From: Diplonema japonicum
Lineage: Eukaryota; Protista; Euglenozoa: Diplonemea
Assembly: GCA_964019335.1 (NCBI GenBank)
Contig: OZ025700.1
Location: 1-64,000 of the forward strand
Reading direction: 5' to 3'
Length of the DNA: 64,000 bases
Made by a program: the position numbers and the translations under genes
Part shown: one piece after another, positions 20,628 through 32,990 of the stretch
How the letters are laid out: each line of letters opens with the position of its first letter
How positions within the stretch are numbered: the stretch's first letter is position 1
Notes under the pieces: generated by a model
Told to the model about the DNA's origin: nothing
Databases searched by the model: none
The model's input: only the letters and a program-made list of their open reading frames with translations

Positions 20628-22558
20628 CTACCTGTGAAGCGGTGCGGAGTGGATCGGCCGTCTTGCTTGCCGACTGTTGTTGTGAATGCTTCGCTGGAAG
20701 CATACCTGCAGTACTGGGGGAACAAGTCCTCCACATTCAGCTCCCTTTTGCATGTGCTTTCTGCGGGGTCTTTTTGGACAGTGCCAAAAGCGAGCGACAA
20801 GCACGAAACCTGCAACAACGAGTGCCAGCTGCAACTTGCACATACCTCAGTTGCTGCATTGAGCTCGGCAACAGGCGTGGTGTCTGCCGTACAGGGAGGC
20901 TCTAACTTCTTTGGTTCTACATCTTTTTGCACCACCACACAGTTGTCTTCAATACGCTGCCTGTCATGCACACTGACCGGCTCCTTTATCCCAAGTGCTT
21001 TGTCTCGGATCTCTTTTCTGATGCGTTCTTTTTCCTGTCTAGCCATCTTGAGGTGCTCCTCACGCTGCTTTGCCTGTTTCTCCATTACCCCCTTCCTCAT
21101 CTCGTCCCTCTTGATTTCTTGTTTGACCAGTGCAGCCGCAACATTTTGTTTATATCCCCTCATCAGGCTCAGTCTTTTCTTATTGTCTTTGGCGCATATT
21201 AACAGCTGGAGCTTTAGTTCTCTCTTGGTTCTAACAACGGCCTCGTTCTCCATTTTATGTTTTTGCAAGTAAATTTCCTTTTTAACCTTGGTCACGAGAA
21301 GGGAGTTTGCCGCTTTAGCACGCTCCAAATTGTACCTTGTTCTCCGTATTTCTGCCGCCTTCGCTGACGTTTCCTGACGCCGCTTCTGTTCATTTGTGGC
21401 TTCTGCTTGCTGATTTTTGATGCTTTTTATGCGGCACTGCGAGTCTTCTATTTTCACAAACACGTGCAGCGAGTTGTTCTCTTCTTCTTGCTGGCGTACC
21501 TTTCGTTGCTTGGCCATTGATGCTGTGTGGCATAACTTATTTATCTTCAGCATCTCGCGGTCACGTGCCTTCTGCAGCATCATGTTTCTGCACCTTTGGT
21601 CGTGCAACTCTAGTTTGTGCTCCAGCTGTGCTCTCTGCAGCTCATTATGCTGCTCTGAGGCAAACGCAACCAGCTCCTGTCGCTCTTTAACAAGTGCCAT
21701 TCGCTGCTGGGATGCTTTCTTGAGCATCTGTTGTCTTTTCTCCGCTTCCTTTTTGCGTTTCGAATTTTGCTCATCTCTCTTGGCTGCCAGCAGTTTGAGT
21801 TCTGTTGCTTTTATATTGAACCGCTCTTCGTTCTGAAGCGTCAGCTGCTGCATCTTCATTTGGTGCTCCTTGTGCGATATGGCTATATTCTGCGACAACT
21901 CAGCTTTCTTTTTCTTTTCTGCTTCTTGCTGTTTTCTGTTGCATTCCTCAGCGTTTGCGTACAGTATGTCGGCCTCCTGTGCCAGTCTCCGCTCTTTGTT
22001 AACATTGCGCAGCTCGATCTCCCGGAACCGCTTTGCCTCTTCGTTGTTCGTGGTTCCTGTTTGCTGGGCAAATATTTTTCTTTTTCTCTTGTTCAGCCAC
22101 AAAGCACGCCGAATCACGGCACAAGTATCCTCTTGCTCAGCATAAGGCCTGATCGGGAAGTAGCTGTCAGCATCTTCCACCTTCAAATCCTCAACTTTCT
22201 TTCCCAGAATATTAGCACAATGCAAAACGAGTTCCATCACGAGCTTCCCCGTACCCTCTGTGGCTGCAAGCTTTCGTATTTTACGAGCAAGATACGCCCT
22301 CTCAGCACGGATCATTTGTCTTTTAGACCTTTGTCTTGTCTCGAAGTGCTGCCATCTCAGTGACTCGTGGCCTTTAGGGAGAAAGCTGTCAGTGACACTT
22401 TGTATTGGCAGCAGTTCTTCTAAATCTATACCCTGGCGCAAGCATGCTAGCTGTGTCAGCTTGTCTTCTACATCCACCACAACTACGTGAGCAGGTCCTT
22501 CATCTTCATCCTCGCTGGTGCTGTGGTTATCTAATTCGTCATATTTGTTATCTTTCAT
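20628..22558 (-). CDS. Hypothetical long coiled-coil protein
   Basis: More than 600 codons of K/E/Q/R-rich helical sequence. Two 3' micro-introns give a stop at 20628 and remove the apparent overlap with PFK. Confidence 0.75.
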
Positions 22559-22617
22559 AAGGCTGCTAGTGTGTAGTAGGTATCACGTGATTTGAAAATC
22601 TAATGGTAAGACTCAGC

Positions 22618-22925
22618 CTACTCCGTTTGTGGTTTGTGAGAAGCTTTCCACTTTTCAACAAAGCCGTCATCCTGTAGCGCTTGGTGTGAATCACGTGGCA
22701 TACCTGGAACTGTTGGTTCATTGCATCACACCCATGGCACGCCTTGATCCTCTGCTCTTCTCGGATAATGTCCTTCATAATACCCTGCCGTCTCAGATCC
22801 TGCCCCGCCTGTTCTGTGTACATCAGGTAACTGAAACTAGCCGACACCCATACAACGGCAAAACCCGCGTATGCCCACACAGGGAGCAGATTCGACTTCT
22901 TCGATATTCGAGTTGTGCGATTCAT
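22618..22925 (-). CDS. Small single-TM protein, PET117-like (cytochrome c oxidase assembly), tentative
   Basis: TM segment followed by EQAGQDLRRQGIMKDIIRE. One 32-nt intron. Confidence 0.4.
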
Positions 22926-22991
22926 CTCCTATTATTGCTTGATCACGGCACAGTGATAAAATGAAATGACTATATGAAGGAAAAAGGCGGC

Positions 22992-23395
22992 TTACGGCTC
23001 ACCCACACCCCATTCCTCTACCTTCCAAGCGCCATCGTACTGAGATAATGTGTTTTTCTTTTATGAAACGTGGGGAGCGGCATACCTCACGGCACATCAC
23101 CCAGTCCTCCATGCCAAGGCCACCCTCTTGCTTCACATTAACTAAGCACCTGTGTGTAAATAGTACAGGTTCGCAAGGCACACCTCCGGTCAGGCCCGTC
23201 AGTGCACGACTCCTCCACGTATGTGTACGTGACGACACCGTCAGCAAACAACTGCATCTGCCTCCCTAAGGGTCCATTCATGTCGTGCTGCGATATCTTC
23301 CCACCAGATACAGCGTTCACACCATCCAAGTCTTGTTGAATGAAGGCTTGTACTTGCCTCTCAACAATAGCCGGTGCCTCCATTTCTATCGCCAT
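22992..23395 (-). CDS. Small hypothetical protein, possibly NTF2-like fold, 2 introns
   Basis: Spliced product MAIEME...RRCLVNVKQEGGLGMEDWVMCREYDGAWKVEEWGVGEP*. One donor is GTGTG. Confidence 0.45.
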
Positions 23396-23468
23396 TTTTA
23401 GTTTGCCTGTACGTGTTTGCAACAAGTCATGTCAGCACAATATCAAACATCTATCTATTGAACAACGC

Positions 23469-23963
23469 CTACTCAGCGATCTCGTACAGTTCTTGCAGAT
23501 TGAACAAAACCCGCTTCTCGCGCTGAATGTCAAGGGAGCCTGTCTGCTTCAAGGCTGCCTGGATGGTGCGCATGTAAAGGAAGGATAAAGGGATGGACTT
23601 CGTGTCCTTCATGCGCCTTTTCGTCTTTCTATTCTCTCTGCTAAAGGTGTCAGTCAACGTCATCTCTAGGTTGTCTATGTATGACCCGCACTCTTCTTTC
23701 AATGTGCTCATGGCTTCCGGCGAGATGTCGAACAAGGAAGCCTCTTCTTCCACTTCATCTGCATGCAGCTGCAGATGTTGTGTTGCCGACAAGTTGAAAG
23801 GTATGATGGGAGGCTCGTCAAAAGTAAACTCGCTACCACCTAAATCCGCCACAGCCCGCCCCCCTTCACGCAGCACGGCGTCCACCCTGCTGATGTCGTT
23901 GTACACGTCATCCTCCTCATCGTCATAGCCCGCAGGCATGGATCCAGGCAAACCGATGCTCAT
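23469..23963 (-). CDS. Hypothetical acidic protein
   Basis: Open 164-codon ORF filling the gap between neighbouring genes on the same strand. Confidence 0.55.
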   Translation of the reverse strand: MSIGLPGSMPAGYDDEEDDVYNDISRVDAVLREGGRAVADLGGSEFTFDEPPIIPFNLSATQHLQLHADEVEEEASLFDISPEAMSTLKEECGSYIDNLEMTLTDTFSRENRKTKRRMKDTKSIPLSFLYMRTIQAALKQTGSLDIQREKRVLFNLQELYEIAE

Positions 23964-24078
23964 ATCAGTGCCTGTAGTGCAAGTCACTCGAGTACAAAAG
24001 GGTATTTGAAATGTTCACGTAACGAGGTATCAAGTTCAGCGGGTCTGTTCATTCAGGAAAGCCGTTTGGCCGCCAAAG

Positions 24079-25334
24079 CTAATCGACTATCTTCTTCAAG
24101 CATTGAAGAAATACGTCACTTGGATGCTTTGGGAATGCGTTTCTCTGCGGAGATGCTCGCTGTGCGTGGTTCACAAGGTGCAACACGGGCACATACCTTC
24201 AAAACTTCAATCAGAGCATCTGGGCGGCACCACTGCACTACTCCGTATTTCTCCAGTTCGATTGCAAGCTGCACTTGGTGGTTGGCCATGAGAGTTTCGT
24301 TAGGCACAGTGATCACCCGGCGGTCTTTCAGGAGGCAGTCCAGCAAGGTGCCGGCACCGGCATGTGTGATAACCTAGTTATTATTGCCGTGAGCAATGCA
24401 GCATACCAGTGACGCTGTCGAAATGATATTTGGTATCTCCTTGCTGTACTGGAGGACTTCTACCTTATCAAGACCAGGAAGCACCTTTGGGACGTAGCCA
24501 TTGCCCCTTTGGATAATGATCTTTTTCACGCCCATGTCTAACAGGCTCTTGACGAATTCCTCGTTGTCGCACGCCTCGATAAGAGCATCGAACTTGGTGC
24601 TTCCGACCGTTACCAAGGCAGTCCCGTCACCAGCACCGGCCTTCTTCTCGTCGACCTTCGGGGGGGTGGAGCCAAGCAACTTGCACCTCCCTGCATGAAG
24701 GGCAGCGGGGTAGTGCTCGTGCAAGGGGTCCCATTGCACGGTGAAGTGGTCGACAAGCTTGAATAAGATCTTGCCACTCATGGAAAGGTGTTCTACACAC
24801 GCCATACTCTCTGAGTAGATGATACCGATCCTCTGTATTATTCATTACGGGTAAACTTACATAACATACCTTTATCCCCAGGATACGGGAGAGGTATGCA
24901 GCGGCACAGATGGGGACGCACGTCCCCGGGCCGTTGCAGAGTACCACATCAGGGAGCGTTTGAAACACAATCTTAAAACTGTTCCCACAGCTGTACAAGG
25001 TTGTGAAGACAGACGATGGATACGACTGCCCTACCTCTCTGGCCCGTGGCACATATCGAACGTCTGCTTTCTTGCCTCGTTTCTCCTCAAAGCTCGCTGC
25101 CTTCTCGGCACTCCCTTTGTCAGTGTCGGCCACAACGTACGTTGCAGTGTACCGATGCCAGTCGGGAATCGTTCCAAGGTCGTAAAACATCTCTGTAGTA
25201 TGCCCACCACTCCCCAGGACAGCCAGAAGCCTTATGGGCCCCTTCGCGACGCGTCTCTTCTCATTTTTTTTCGGCAGTGCCGCGTAAACACGCCACAGCA
25301 CAAGTACCAAAACAGCCACTACATATTGTATCAT
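24079..25334 (-). CDS. ALG14-ALG13: Fused ALG14-ALG13 UDP-GlcNAc transferase, 3 micro-introns
   Basis: ALG14 motifs LGSGGHTTEM, PRAREVGQS, NGPGTCVP and YSESMA..LSMSG..VQW run in frame into ALG13 motifs VTVGSTKFD, ITHAGAGT and VPNETLMANHQ. Confidence 0.9.
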
Positions 25335-25445
25335 CGCAACGGCACCTGAGTGTTCTGGGTTGTCAAGAACGCGAATAAAAATTGATGGATCTGAACATAA
25401 GGTACATGGCTTAGTCCTGTTAACGACTATACTGGTGTAACGTGT

Positions 25446-27385
25446 TTAATCCCCAGAACCCCCGGTATCATGCTGCTTGCTTTCCTTGATCTGTGCAGAT
25501 GGCAAAAGGGGCAACAACATACCTTCGAAATGCGAAGCTCATCCAGCGGCACGGGAATGGCATTGAACCTCAATATCTTTGGCAGCCTGATATATCTCCT
25601 GGTGTTGATCATGACCCACAGCCTGAACTTCTTATGCGTAAGATACGTCGGCTGTTGCTTGATGGCGACACCCAGACTCCGTAAGAACCCATCGCTGTTG
25701 TGGTACGACTCGTCGACAGTGACATAAATCCAGTGCCCCTTGCCCATGCCCCATCGTACTACTTCACGTAGCACTGACCTCTCGCTCTTCACGTGCTGCA
25801 CAAGGAACGAACGCACGGTAAATCCCAACCTTTCCCCTAATTTCTCAATCTGCATTGAGGGGTCTGCCTGCAAACCGTAGCAAACGAGGGGTGTGATGTT
25901 AGTAGAGGACAGCCACTTCTCCTCAAGATCATTCTCCGTCACAGGTTTGAACGACTCCTGCAAACCGTGTTTGTCGTCCTCCAGCAGGTCCTGCACACAC
26001 CGCTTGATCCTGAATATCATGTAATCAAACTCATCCGGGCGCAGCCTTGCTGTTTTGCCGGTGAATAAATCCAGGAACTCTTGTTTGTCGAGCCTCTCAT
26101 CCCTGTCTTCGTCCTTTTGTGTCAATAGCACCTGAGCGTTGTGCTTCCCCTGCTGAGCCGACCAATCATTGTATCGTATCAGCACTTTGCGAAGCTCGTC
26201 AGCTTCGATATAGCCACTTCCGTCCCAGTCCCACTCGTAGAAGAGTCCAAGCATGTTCCTATCCCGTCTCTCCGTCTCAGCCATTCTCGACGTCTTGCTG
26301 ACACTACCTGTCAAATACTTTATCAAGTTGTCAAACTCGTTCGGTACCTTGTTGCAGGTCATGTGGGACATATATCTGTGGAACTCGTCCTGATCCAACC
26401 TTCCGTCGCTGTTCAGGTCAATCACCGTCATCAGCGCGTTAGCTTTATCTTCCTTCTCGTCCTCTGACCACTTGTAAAAGTTGGCCAACACATCACGCAA
26501 CTCATTCAGCTCGATATAACCGCTCCCATCCATTGATATGTTTGAGCTCTTGTCCCAAGTGTGGAACAGCTTCCCGATGTCTGCATACCTCCTTTCCAAC
26601 TCAAGGATGCCCGGTCTGAAAGGTGCCAGGTACTTTTTCATTTTGCTCTCCAGCTTACTTTGGTAGGACTTCCGTGCTGCTTCGCACTCCGAGGCAGCTT
26701 CAGCCAATATATCTGTTGCGCAATATGTGAAGTCTTCAGGGAAGCTATCTATGTCCTCGGCAACAACTGCATCCACGGCAGGCTCGAAGTCTGGCTGCGC
26801 ATCTTGCAGAGGTAACAGCTCGTGTATGCGGGAGAGGTTAAAGTTGCACCCCAAAGAGACGTTGGACTCGGAGACGGGGACGGGTGGGACATACGTTTCA
26901 TGCAGAGGTGCAGGGGGCTTGGTACGGGTGGTAACAAGAGGGGCTTCCTTGACGGGTGCTTGGGGTTTGCTAGCTGACTTTGACGTGCTGACGCTTGTTC
27001 GTGTTTTAAGTGCCTTCACGCTGCTTGATTTCTTGAGTGACTTCAGCGGCTGCTTCTTTTTGAAGCAGGGTATGGTGTTGGAAGGCTCTTTGTCCCCCAG
27101 CACTACCCAGTCTGACGCCCCGCGTTCGTGCAGCACTTCACACAGCGAGTCGTCCTCGTCGATGGTTTTAATATTCCTCAAGATCTTCTTGATAGTACCC
27201 AGTTCTCGTATCCCGAAATCGTCACGCAAGTCGTCCTTTCCCAGCTCACCCAAAGCCATCCCATCGATACGATGTAACCTCACCTTGTGTTTGAAGTGTG
27301 AGCTAGCCCATGGTTTGCTCTGTAGCTTGTTACACACATCATCCACACTCCATAAACATATCGGGTTCTTTTTTATTTTGGTCAT
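25446..27385 (-). CDS. SAM domain, multiple EF-hands and a dynein-heavy-chain D6(AAA6)-like C-terminal domain
   Basis: SAM WSVDDV..IDGMALGEL..DFGI; EF-hands DGSGYIELNE, DLNSDGRLDQDE, DWDGSGYIEADE and DEDRDERLDKQE; C-terminal TPLV..ADP..GKGHWI..HKKFRLWV..LP.IL. Confidence 0.8.
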
Positions 27386-27851
27386 TTTTGCCTGTGACGA
27401 ACAGTACATGGAGAACAAATATAAAGAGAATAATAACGTAAGAGAAGTCTCTGTGTAAAGGGAGGCGTGCAAAAGAAAGTCGAGCAGGCTCCTTGTGGTC
27501 GTTCTGGCCCTGCTCTTGCATATCCGGAAAAGAACAAAGTATAAGTACAAAGGGCCCGCCAGAATGTGATGTTACATTGTTGCAAGCAGCACCGCAATGC
27601 TGAAAGAGGGCGCAGAGGCACCTCGTATCTATTGTGATGCTCTGTACAGCCCGAGGCAGTCAGTGGTTATGTACAGAAGACATTATGAAGGATGTCTGGC
27701 TTGTACTGTGCGCCTTGTCAGTTGAGGGGAGGGGTAAACGAAAGTAGGAAAGAAATGCAAACACAAAGAAAGAAGGAAGGATAATAAAACAAATGGTAAG
27801 GTTGAACGAAGCCTGCAATAACTATTTATTTTCGCATTGAAGAAACAGAGG

Positions 27852-29280
27852 TCAGGTGGTGTGTGTTAACCTCTTCGTGAGCGGCGCTATGGCGTACGAG
27901 TAACTCGTCTCTATCGCTTCAAGTGCTGCGTTCACAGACGCAGTGAGGTGGCGAATGCCCGTTCCTATTGCTTCACGTGTCTGCAGGGTGATATAGGGCT
28001 GTGATCAACCATACCTGTAACAAGCTGTCGGTGTTTTCAACATTCATGATTGCGCGCCTTTCGAGGGATCTTAGTAGCTGCAGGGACTCCTTTCCCATGT
28101 ACAGGATGGCCTGTCTGTGCTTGCTTCTCAACTCGGAAGCAGCTCTCGCAGCCGGAACAACGCCATCACATGCTATATGGGAAAGCCCTTTGATCCCCTT
28201 CAAGCGCTCCAAGGACGTCTTCGAACACAGCAGCGCTACAAGCTGCGAGGCATCTTTCACGGCCTCCGAAGTCACGTACCCGACCGCCTCGTACACCACT
28301 GTGCATACAGCTTGGTTGTCATCCGCCTGATGCACCTTCTTCATGTTCGACGCTATGACAGCCCCTAGAGGGTGGCTGCTCATCTTCAAGTTGATTTCCT
28401 CTTCGAAGTCAAACACCTGCGGCAACGGCGTTAACTGACGTGTCACTTCGTTAACCGCAGGCTGCAACACTGTAGGCACCTTCCCCTTGCCTCTGCACTT
28501 CATGGAAGCCTTGGCAGCAAATGCCATGTACTTGCTCCCACGCTCCCACGCCATTTTATAGCTTGCGGGAGGCTCTTCGCGCAGCATCTCCGCAACAGGG
28601 GACTCACTTGTCGTAGCCAATGATATCACATCGTCAGTCACAGACGGCACGTGGCTCCTGCTTTCCATATCTATCTCCTCCAGGCTGGGGTCCACGTCGT
28701 CAGGGATGTCGGCGCTGCCGAGTGTTGAAAAGGAGTACATCGGAGGAGGAAGAGGTATTGAAACAGACGTACACGGTTTAGGGGGGTCTGGTGGGGGCGC
28801 GCTCTCCATGGGAGAAATGGGTGGTGTGGTGGAGGGAACACGCACTGGAAAAGGGGGTTCAAGGCTAGAGGGTGTGGAATCTTGAATTATTTCTTGGTCT
28901 TGTACAGTACATAAAGGTGCAGTCAGGCCTTCCGCTTCTGGGGTGTTGGCTGGAATAGCTGTCCGTTCAGCACTTGCATTCTCCGCTATATCTACGTCCA
29001 AGTTGAAGACACTGTCAACTGCCGACTCCATCCATTTCACTATGTTACAACCACCTTCTTCTTTACCGTTTTTATTACTCTGAGTCTGTGTTTCAGTCTG
29101 GGTCTCATTCGTTCCGTCGTCCTCGCGCGCTTCTACTCGTGTTGGTGTCCCCAAGTGCTCAATGTCGTAGCATATGTCAGACAGCTCTTTCGAAGCCGCT
29201 TTGCGCACAGTGTCTACTGCCGACTCCACCCACTGCACGAATGATGAACCGTTCTGCTGCCCATCTCGCACGCGCTCCAT
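27852..29280 (-). CDS. Hypothetical protein (duplicated W.ESAVD motif, Pro-rich linker)
   Basis: 435-codon ORF plus a 3' exon after a 34-nt intron. Confidence 0.7.
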
Positions 29281-29434
29281 GGGGCCGCAAACCCCTGTAG
29301 TGTGGTGAGTCTAATGAAACAGGAGCACCATAATACAATATAGTTTTTTTTTTTCTCGCAAAAAAAAGAGATGAACGGTACTGGCCGTGACACCGTAAGG
29401 GGTAGACAGATCCAGACGGCACTTTTTTTTTCAT

Positions 29435-30166
29435 TCATCTGAAATGTTTGCTCCTCCGTGGAACCTCGTCTAGAGGGTTCGTTTGGGGTTTGGAAGGGAT
29501 GCGGGGTGCTGTTCGAAACTGCTTTTTATCCTTACCGAGAGCCGCAGGTGGCTCCACAGGTTGTCTATCCCGCGTAGGGGTGTAACTTGCCCCGTATTCC
29601 TTGTTGATTGGGGCCCAACCTTCGATGAGAACACGGGTGGCCCTGACACGGTGCACCTCGTAGATGATATGGTGGAGATCTTGTTCGGAGCGGATTGCAT
29701 GCCCTTGGATGGACTCAAGAATCATGCCCACTTCTATCCCAGCGACGTCGGCGGGTCCATCACGTGTCACCTGTACCACTTTGAGGGGCTGTGTGGATGT
29801 ATGACGCTCCAATACCAGTCCCAGGTCATCTCCCCTGTTATCGAGAATGACTTCAAACATCTGAGGCGACGGCCCCGCAACAAAACAATCATCCTCATAG
29901 TGCCCCTTCGAACCGCACCTTCTGCACAGCGGCGATGGGCACTGCTTTGCAACATGACCGAACCCATGGCAGATGCTGCATGGCATCGCCCTGCTCCTCC
30001 TCTCCCTACACCGAGGGCACAGATCAGGCGAAGGGCACAGTGACGCCGTGTGGCCTCTACCATTGCAAGAAAGACACACAGCTTCTGCTCCAAATATCAA
30101 GTTATTTGTGGTGACGGGCCAGTCACCCTTGGACACCTCATCCCCACATAGTTGGCATGTTCTCAT
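29435..30166 (-). CDS. CCHC zinc-knuckle (x3) plus PDZ-domain protein
   Basis: CLSCNGRGHTASLC, CSICHGFGHVAKQC, CRRCGSKGHYEDDC; PDZ DLGLVL...DGPADVAGIEVGMILESIQG. Confidence 0.85.
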   Translation of the reverse strand: MRTCQLCGDEVSKGDWPVTTNNLIFGAEAVCLSCNGRGHTASLCPSPDLCPRCRERRSRAMPCSICHGFGHVAKQCPSPLCRRCGSKGHYEDDCFVAGPSPQMFEVILDNRGDDLGLVLERHTSTQPLKVVQVTRDGPADVAGIEVGMILESIQGHAIRSEQDLHHIIYEVHRVRATRVLIEGWAPINKEYGASYTPTRDRQPVEPPAALGKDKKQFRTAPRIPSKPQTNPLDEVPRRSKHFR

Positions 30167-31020
30167 GTTCCTGTATTAAAATTCTGCAACCCGCCCCCAA
30201 TTGACACAGTAGGCGAAAACTAGTTATGTTCTTTGGAAAATGTTGATTGATAGCACTTTTGACTCCTGAATCTCTCCGGCCGGGAATGGGGTACTGTATG
30301 CGGGCAGCCCGTGGACCGTAGATATGGAAAAAAAGACTTTCTTCAACACAGAAAACAATAATGGAAATGCAAAAGAAGAAGGAAAGAAAAAAAAAGGGAT
30401 GTTAAAACACAAAAGTGCACTCGTAGGGGTGTCTTGTGTAACAGGAACCACGCTTTCATAATAATTCACATTTTAATACCAAGAAGAACTAATAGAGTAA
30501 AAAGTGACACACAGGGTGTGCCTTGCGGTTTCCTTTTCTCCCCTACGCTGCAATTTCTTTTTTTCTCCTTTTTTTTCCCCCCCGACGCTTGGAAAAAAAA
30601 AAGTACCTGGAACTGGCCGTTGATTGTACGTGCCAGGTAGAAGCATATATAAATAACCGTAAACACGTTGCCAAGTGTACCCCGTTTGTTTAGACAAGTC
30701 AAGGACCCGTTATCTTGCAGAGAGAAAAAAAAAACAGAACAAAAAAAAAGATTAAAGGGTACTGATTCCTAGTGCCTACGTTGGAACTGAACAAAAAGTA
30801 TCGGGGGGGAAAGGGGGAGGGGAAGGGGAAGAAACTCATTGTAGCTCGCATGGGCCAAGCACGAGCACAGCACTCCATGTGATTGCCTGGCAAACATGCG
30901 ATAGTTGTGAACAGTAATCACGGGTCACACGGAGGTGTAGTCTGCCCAAGCCCTGTCCTGTGTCCTGGGCACATAGGGCTGAAGGATTCAGCGCGAGAAT
31001 ACAATAGTAGTCTCCCACAG

Positions 31021-32256
31021 CTACATTTCTAGGCGATTGAAGCACCGTTTTTGCGATGCGACTTTAATGCTTTTCCGGGTGAGTCTTGTTTCGCACATGG
31101 CGGTTTTTCCCGACGTCAAACCCCACACCTCATGCGACACCCCTAGCCCGTTCGGCAGCTCTGTCACCTTGTGAATGCACCCCTCTGCGTCCATGTACCC
31201 TGTCACAAATGCTGTATTGTCGCCGCTTCGCACCTCACGTCTGATGTTGTCCAGTTCGATGACTGATTTGTTGGAACCGAACCTCGACACCTCGTCTATG
31301 GTCAGCACTTGTTCCTTCCTCTGAATGTGATACGTCACGTCAAGGCCCTTTAGCACTTTCCTTGCAGCCGCAGGAACTGAAAGCTCGATGAGCAACCTGT
31401 CGCAACACTCTGAAGACTTCTTGTCTTCCTTCCAGCTCCCTGTGATATCCAGCACATGCCCGGTGCTCCCGAAGCTGCCCATCGCCCCTAGAAGATCCGT
31501 CGACTTCCTGGTCTGGCGCAACTTCTGGAGCTGTGCTTCGCATTCTAACAGTTTCGCGCTGTAAATTGTTGCCTTCAACGCCGTGTCGTGCTGCATGATG
31601 GGATCGTACTTCACGAAGCTTTTAATCAGCGATTGGCTCTCAGACTCACCCGTACCTGTGGCCGGCGAGCTTGGATCGTAGGCAGGATCAGGGATTACGA
31701 CGGGCGCCGATTTAATAGCTTCAACCAGCACCCTTGCGTGCCCCACAGGAACACCTATTTCCACAAGATCGGTGAGCTCCGCTTTCAGCAAATACTCGAA
31801 TTTATCAAAACCGTTGGATGCAAGGACACCCTCGTATGATTTGTTCTCCAGGCTCATGCTTGAGAGGAGGTCTATTATCTGTGGGTCAACATTGCCGCCC
31901 GAAGCGTGTGATATCAGTTCCCTGTACCACTTGTCGCTCTCCAGCAGCATCACCTCACCTGTCTCCGTGGGGACAGTCATGGTGTCGCCCTTCTTCACGA
32001 GGGAGTCTAACTGCACTTGTGCAACGGAGAAGGGCTTCACATTAGCCTCCGAATTATACATATGCAAGTACGCCTTGCACGGTGGGTAAGCACACAACAG
32101 AATAACGTAAATATCTCTCTCGGGGCTGTCCATATCGGGGGTCCACTCCTCCTTGCCTTCCTCGCGTGTGCGACATTTCAGCCACCCTTTTTTAACTACG
32201 TGCGCTGTCATGTCGCAGGATACTTCCCCTGCTGGTAGAATGAATGATATGTCCAT
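31021..32256 (-). CDS. PH-like, SAM and FABP/calycin-like domain protein
   Basis: PH-like VVKKGWLK..WYREL; SAM YEGVLASNGFD..DLVEIGVPVGH; FABP-like DITGSWKED..S...D.LL.EL.VP...RKV. Confidence 0.65.
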   Translation of the reverse strand: MDISFILPAGEVSCDMTAHVVKKGWLKCRTREEGKEEWTPDMDSPERDIYVILLCAYPPCKAYLHMYNSEANVKPFSVAQVQLDSLVKKGDTMTVPTETGEVMLLESDKWYRELISHASGGNVDPQIIDLLSSMSLENKSYEGVLASNGFDKFEYLLKAELTDLVEIGVPVGHARVLVEAIKSAPVVIPDPAYDPSSPATGTGESESQSLIKSFVKYDPIMQHDTALKATIYSAKLLECEAQLQKLRQTRKSTDLLGAMGSFGSTGHVLDITGSWKEDKKSSECCDRLLIELSVPAAARKVLKGLDVTYHIQRKEQVLTIDEVSRFGSNKSVIELDNIRREVRSGDNTAFVTGYMDAEGCIHKVTELPNGLGVSHEVWGLTSGKTAMCETRLTRKSIKVASQKRCFNRLEM

Positions 32257-32306
32257 CTTTGAACCTGATAACGTCTAGTGTGTTGAAGGGCTGTTAAAAA
32301 CTAAGC

Positions 32307-32765
32307 TTAACTAAAGTAAGATACAAGCCTAACGGGCACTGCAGGGTCTTCCCACGACGTTGTTTGAAACTCGATGAGGGCCCTGAGGTGCGTACCTTTG
32401 AAGTTGCTGTACTCTATCCAGATGGGGCTCGACCCGCCACCGCCTTTTTTAGACGGCTCACCATAGGTCTGGACGATCTCTTTGGCAGTGCCTGAGAGAA
32501 GTAGCCCTGACCCTGGTGCGTGTCCCGCAAAACCATCGACACCTTCGCTGTATACCCACAAGGAGCTCAGCACCATGACGCTGCCTTCCATCTTAAAGCA
32601 GAAGGCTGTACCCGCTCTTTTCACTTCTGCAAACATCTCATTGTTGTCTTTCATCACTTTGAATTCTGTCTCCTCGTCACCTGCCATCTTCTTCACGATA
32701 TCCTTCACGGCCTCACTATCTCTCCGCATGTTGATAGCCCCGCTGATGGCATCGAGCATGCTCAT
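32307..32765 (-). CDS. Hypothetical protein
   Basis: ORF from MSMLDAIS with globular composition (..IVQTYGEPSKKGG..WIEY). Confidence 0.55.
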   Translation of the reverse strand: MSMLDAISGAINMRRDSEAVKDIVKKMAGDEETEFKVMKDNNEMFAEVKRAGTAFCFKMEGSVMVLSSLWVYSEGVDGFAGHAPGSGLLLSGTAKEIVQTYGEPSKKGGGGSSPIWIEYSNFKGTHLRALIEFQTTSWEDPAVPVRLVSYFS

Positions 32766-32990
32766 CCTTCCTGTGGTGTGTCGGTATGCGTAATGGCAAA
32801 CGTAACCCCTCCACGCCGCACTGACAGACGCAAGGCAAAAACTACTCAAAAGCTTCAAGAATGAAGAACCCGTGTCTTTGGTATGAGACGCGGTAGAAGT
32901 GCCAGACCGGCACTGTGCATGCAGGAAAATTTAAAAGGGAAAAAAGATGGGTGAAGCCACCCGCACGAACTAAATAAATATAACACACGC

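Noticed and set aside
20492-20628. Overlap of the coiled-coil gene with PFK
   Set aside because: It disappears once a 32-nt intron is spliced (stop at 20628).
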